Shown: one piece after another, positions 62,455-64,000 of the stretch
Layout: each line of letters opens with the position of its first letter
Position numbering within the stretch: the first letter of the stretch is position 1
Source: Eledone cirrhosa
Lineage: Eukaryota
Length of the DNA stretch: 64,000 nucleotides
NCBI GenBank assembly: GCA_964016885.1
Contig: OZ024763.1
Location: 20,708,001 to 20,772,000 of the forward strand
Direction of reading: 5' to 3'
Translations under genes and position numbers: made by a program
Notes under the pieces: model-generated
Database searches by the model: none
Told to the model about the DNA's origin: nothing
What the model saw: the letters and a program-made list of their open reading frames with translations, nothing else

Positions 62455-64000
62455 AACTTACAGTGTGGACTGGGAGCCTTTTTACCGTGTCTCCTACACG
62501 GCCGCCTTACAGTGTGGAGTGGGAGCCTTTTTACCGTGTCTCCTACACGATCACCTTACAGTGTGGACTGGGAGCCTTTTTACCGTGTCTCCTCCACGGC
62601 CACCTTACAGTGTGGACTGGGAGCCTTTTTACCATGTCTCCTACACGGCCATCTCACAGTGTGGACTGGGAGCCTTTTTACCATGTCTCCTACACGCCCA
62701 CCTTACAGTGTGGACTGGGTGCCTTTTTTACCATGTCTCCTACACGACCACCTTACAGTGTGGACTGGGAGCCTTTTTACCATGTCTCCTACATGACCAC
62801 CTCACAGTGTGGACTGGGAGCCTTTTTACCGTGTCTCCTACACGACCACCTTACAGTGTGGACTGGGAGCCTTTTTACCGTGTCTCCTACATGATCACCT
62901 TACAGTGTGGACTGGGAGCCTTTTTACCGTGTCTCTTCCACGGCCACCTTACAGTATGGACTGGGAGCCTTTTTACCGTGTCTCCTCCACGGCCACCTTA
63001 CAGTGTGGACTGGGAGCCTTTTTACCGTGGCTCCTACACGGCCACCTTACAGTGTGGACTGGGAGCCTTTTTACCATGTCTCCTACACGGCCATCTCACA
63101 GTGTGGACTGGGAGCCTTTTTACCATGTCTCCTACACGGCCACCTTACAGTGTGGACTGGGTGCCTTTTTTACCATGTCTCCTACACGACCACCTTACAG
63201 TGTGGACTGGGAGCCTTTTTACCGTGTCTCTTCCACGGCCACGTTACAGTATGGACTGGGAGCCTTTTTACCGTGTCTCCTCCACGGCCACCTTACAGTG
63301 TGGACTGGGAGCCTTTTTACCGTGGCTCCTACACGGCCACCTTACAGTGTGGACTGGGAGCCTTTTTACCGTGGCTCCTACACGGCCACCTTACAGTGTG
63401 GACTGGGAGCCTTTTTACCATGTCTCCTCCATGGTCACCTTACAGTGTGGACTGGGAGCCTTTTTACCATGTCTCCTACACGGCCACCTTACAGTGTGGA
63501 CTGGGAGCCTTTTTACCATGTCTCCTACATGACTACTTTACAGTGTGAACTGGGAGCCTTTTTACCATGTCTCCTACACGACCACCTTACAGTGTGGACT
63601 GGGAGCCTTTTTACCGTGTCTCCTACACGACCACCTTACAGTGTGGACTGGGAGCCTTTTTACCATGTCTCCTACACGACCACCTTACAGTGTGGACTGG
63701 GAGCCTTTTTACCGTGTCTCCTACACGACCACCTTACAGTGTGGACTGGGAGCCTTTTTACCGTGTATCCTACACGACCACCTTACAGTGTGGACTGGGA
63801 GCCTTTTTACCGTGTCTCCTACACGACCACCTTACAGTGTGGACTGGGAGCCTTTTTACCGTGTATCCTACACGACCACCTTACAGTGTGGACTGGGAGC
63901 CTTTTTACCGTGTCTCCTACACGACCACCTTACAGTGTGGACTGGGAGCCTTTTTACTGTGTCTCCTACACGACCACCTTACAGTGTGGACTGGGAGCCT
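62455..64000. repeat. 49-bp tandem array (>30 units, runs off the window)
   Basis: Unit CACGACCACCTTACAGTGTGGACTGGGAGCCTTTTTACCGTGTCTCCTA. Degenerate short arrays of the same unit lie at ~4030-4385, 11260-11560, 18900-19560 and 53280-53520. Confidence 0.96.

Noticed and set aside
62448-63548. 355-aa and overlapping repetitive ORFs
   Set aside because: Products of the 49-bp tandem array, intronic.

Overview
AT-rich, repeat-dense animal genomic DNA. The repeat content (RTE LINEs, tRNA-headed SINEs, abundant (TA)n) suggests a coleoid cephalopod such as octopus; this is inference only. The one supportable host gene is a + strand GIGYF1/2 (GRB10-interacting GYF protein) ortholog. I reconstructed 13 GT-AG coding exons from 27938 to 62054. 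Their phases are all compatible (1665 nt, 555 aa). They encode the 4EHP-binding motif YRYGREEML, the DDX6/Me31B-binding PEW...GTFDSNGIF segment and the GYF domain, and the gene continues past the window. A CpG-enriched candidate promoter/5'UTR region lies at about 16.4-18.8 kb. The rest is mostly transposon debris: a nearly intact RTE ORF, a maT-type mariner, a Helitron with a visible empty site, hAT, Tigger and piggyBac-like MITEs, CR1 and CRE-type fragments, SINEs, and TE-derived tandem arrays. The most unusual signal is a set of (TA)n-embedded fold-back elements. Two of them carry minimal type-I hammerhead ribozyme folds like those of Penelope-like elements, and one has a non-canonical CUGAAUGA core. 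Also notable are a 63-nt in-frame exon that resembles a duplicate of the end of the preceding exon, and many inverted MITE pairs able to form dsRNA in the pre-mRNA. Most ORFs in the supplied track are repeat artefacts. Repeat boundaries are approximate unless TSDs or TIRs are quoted.
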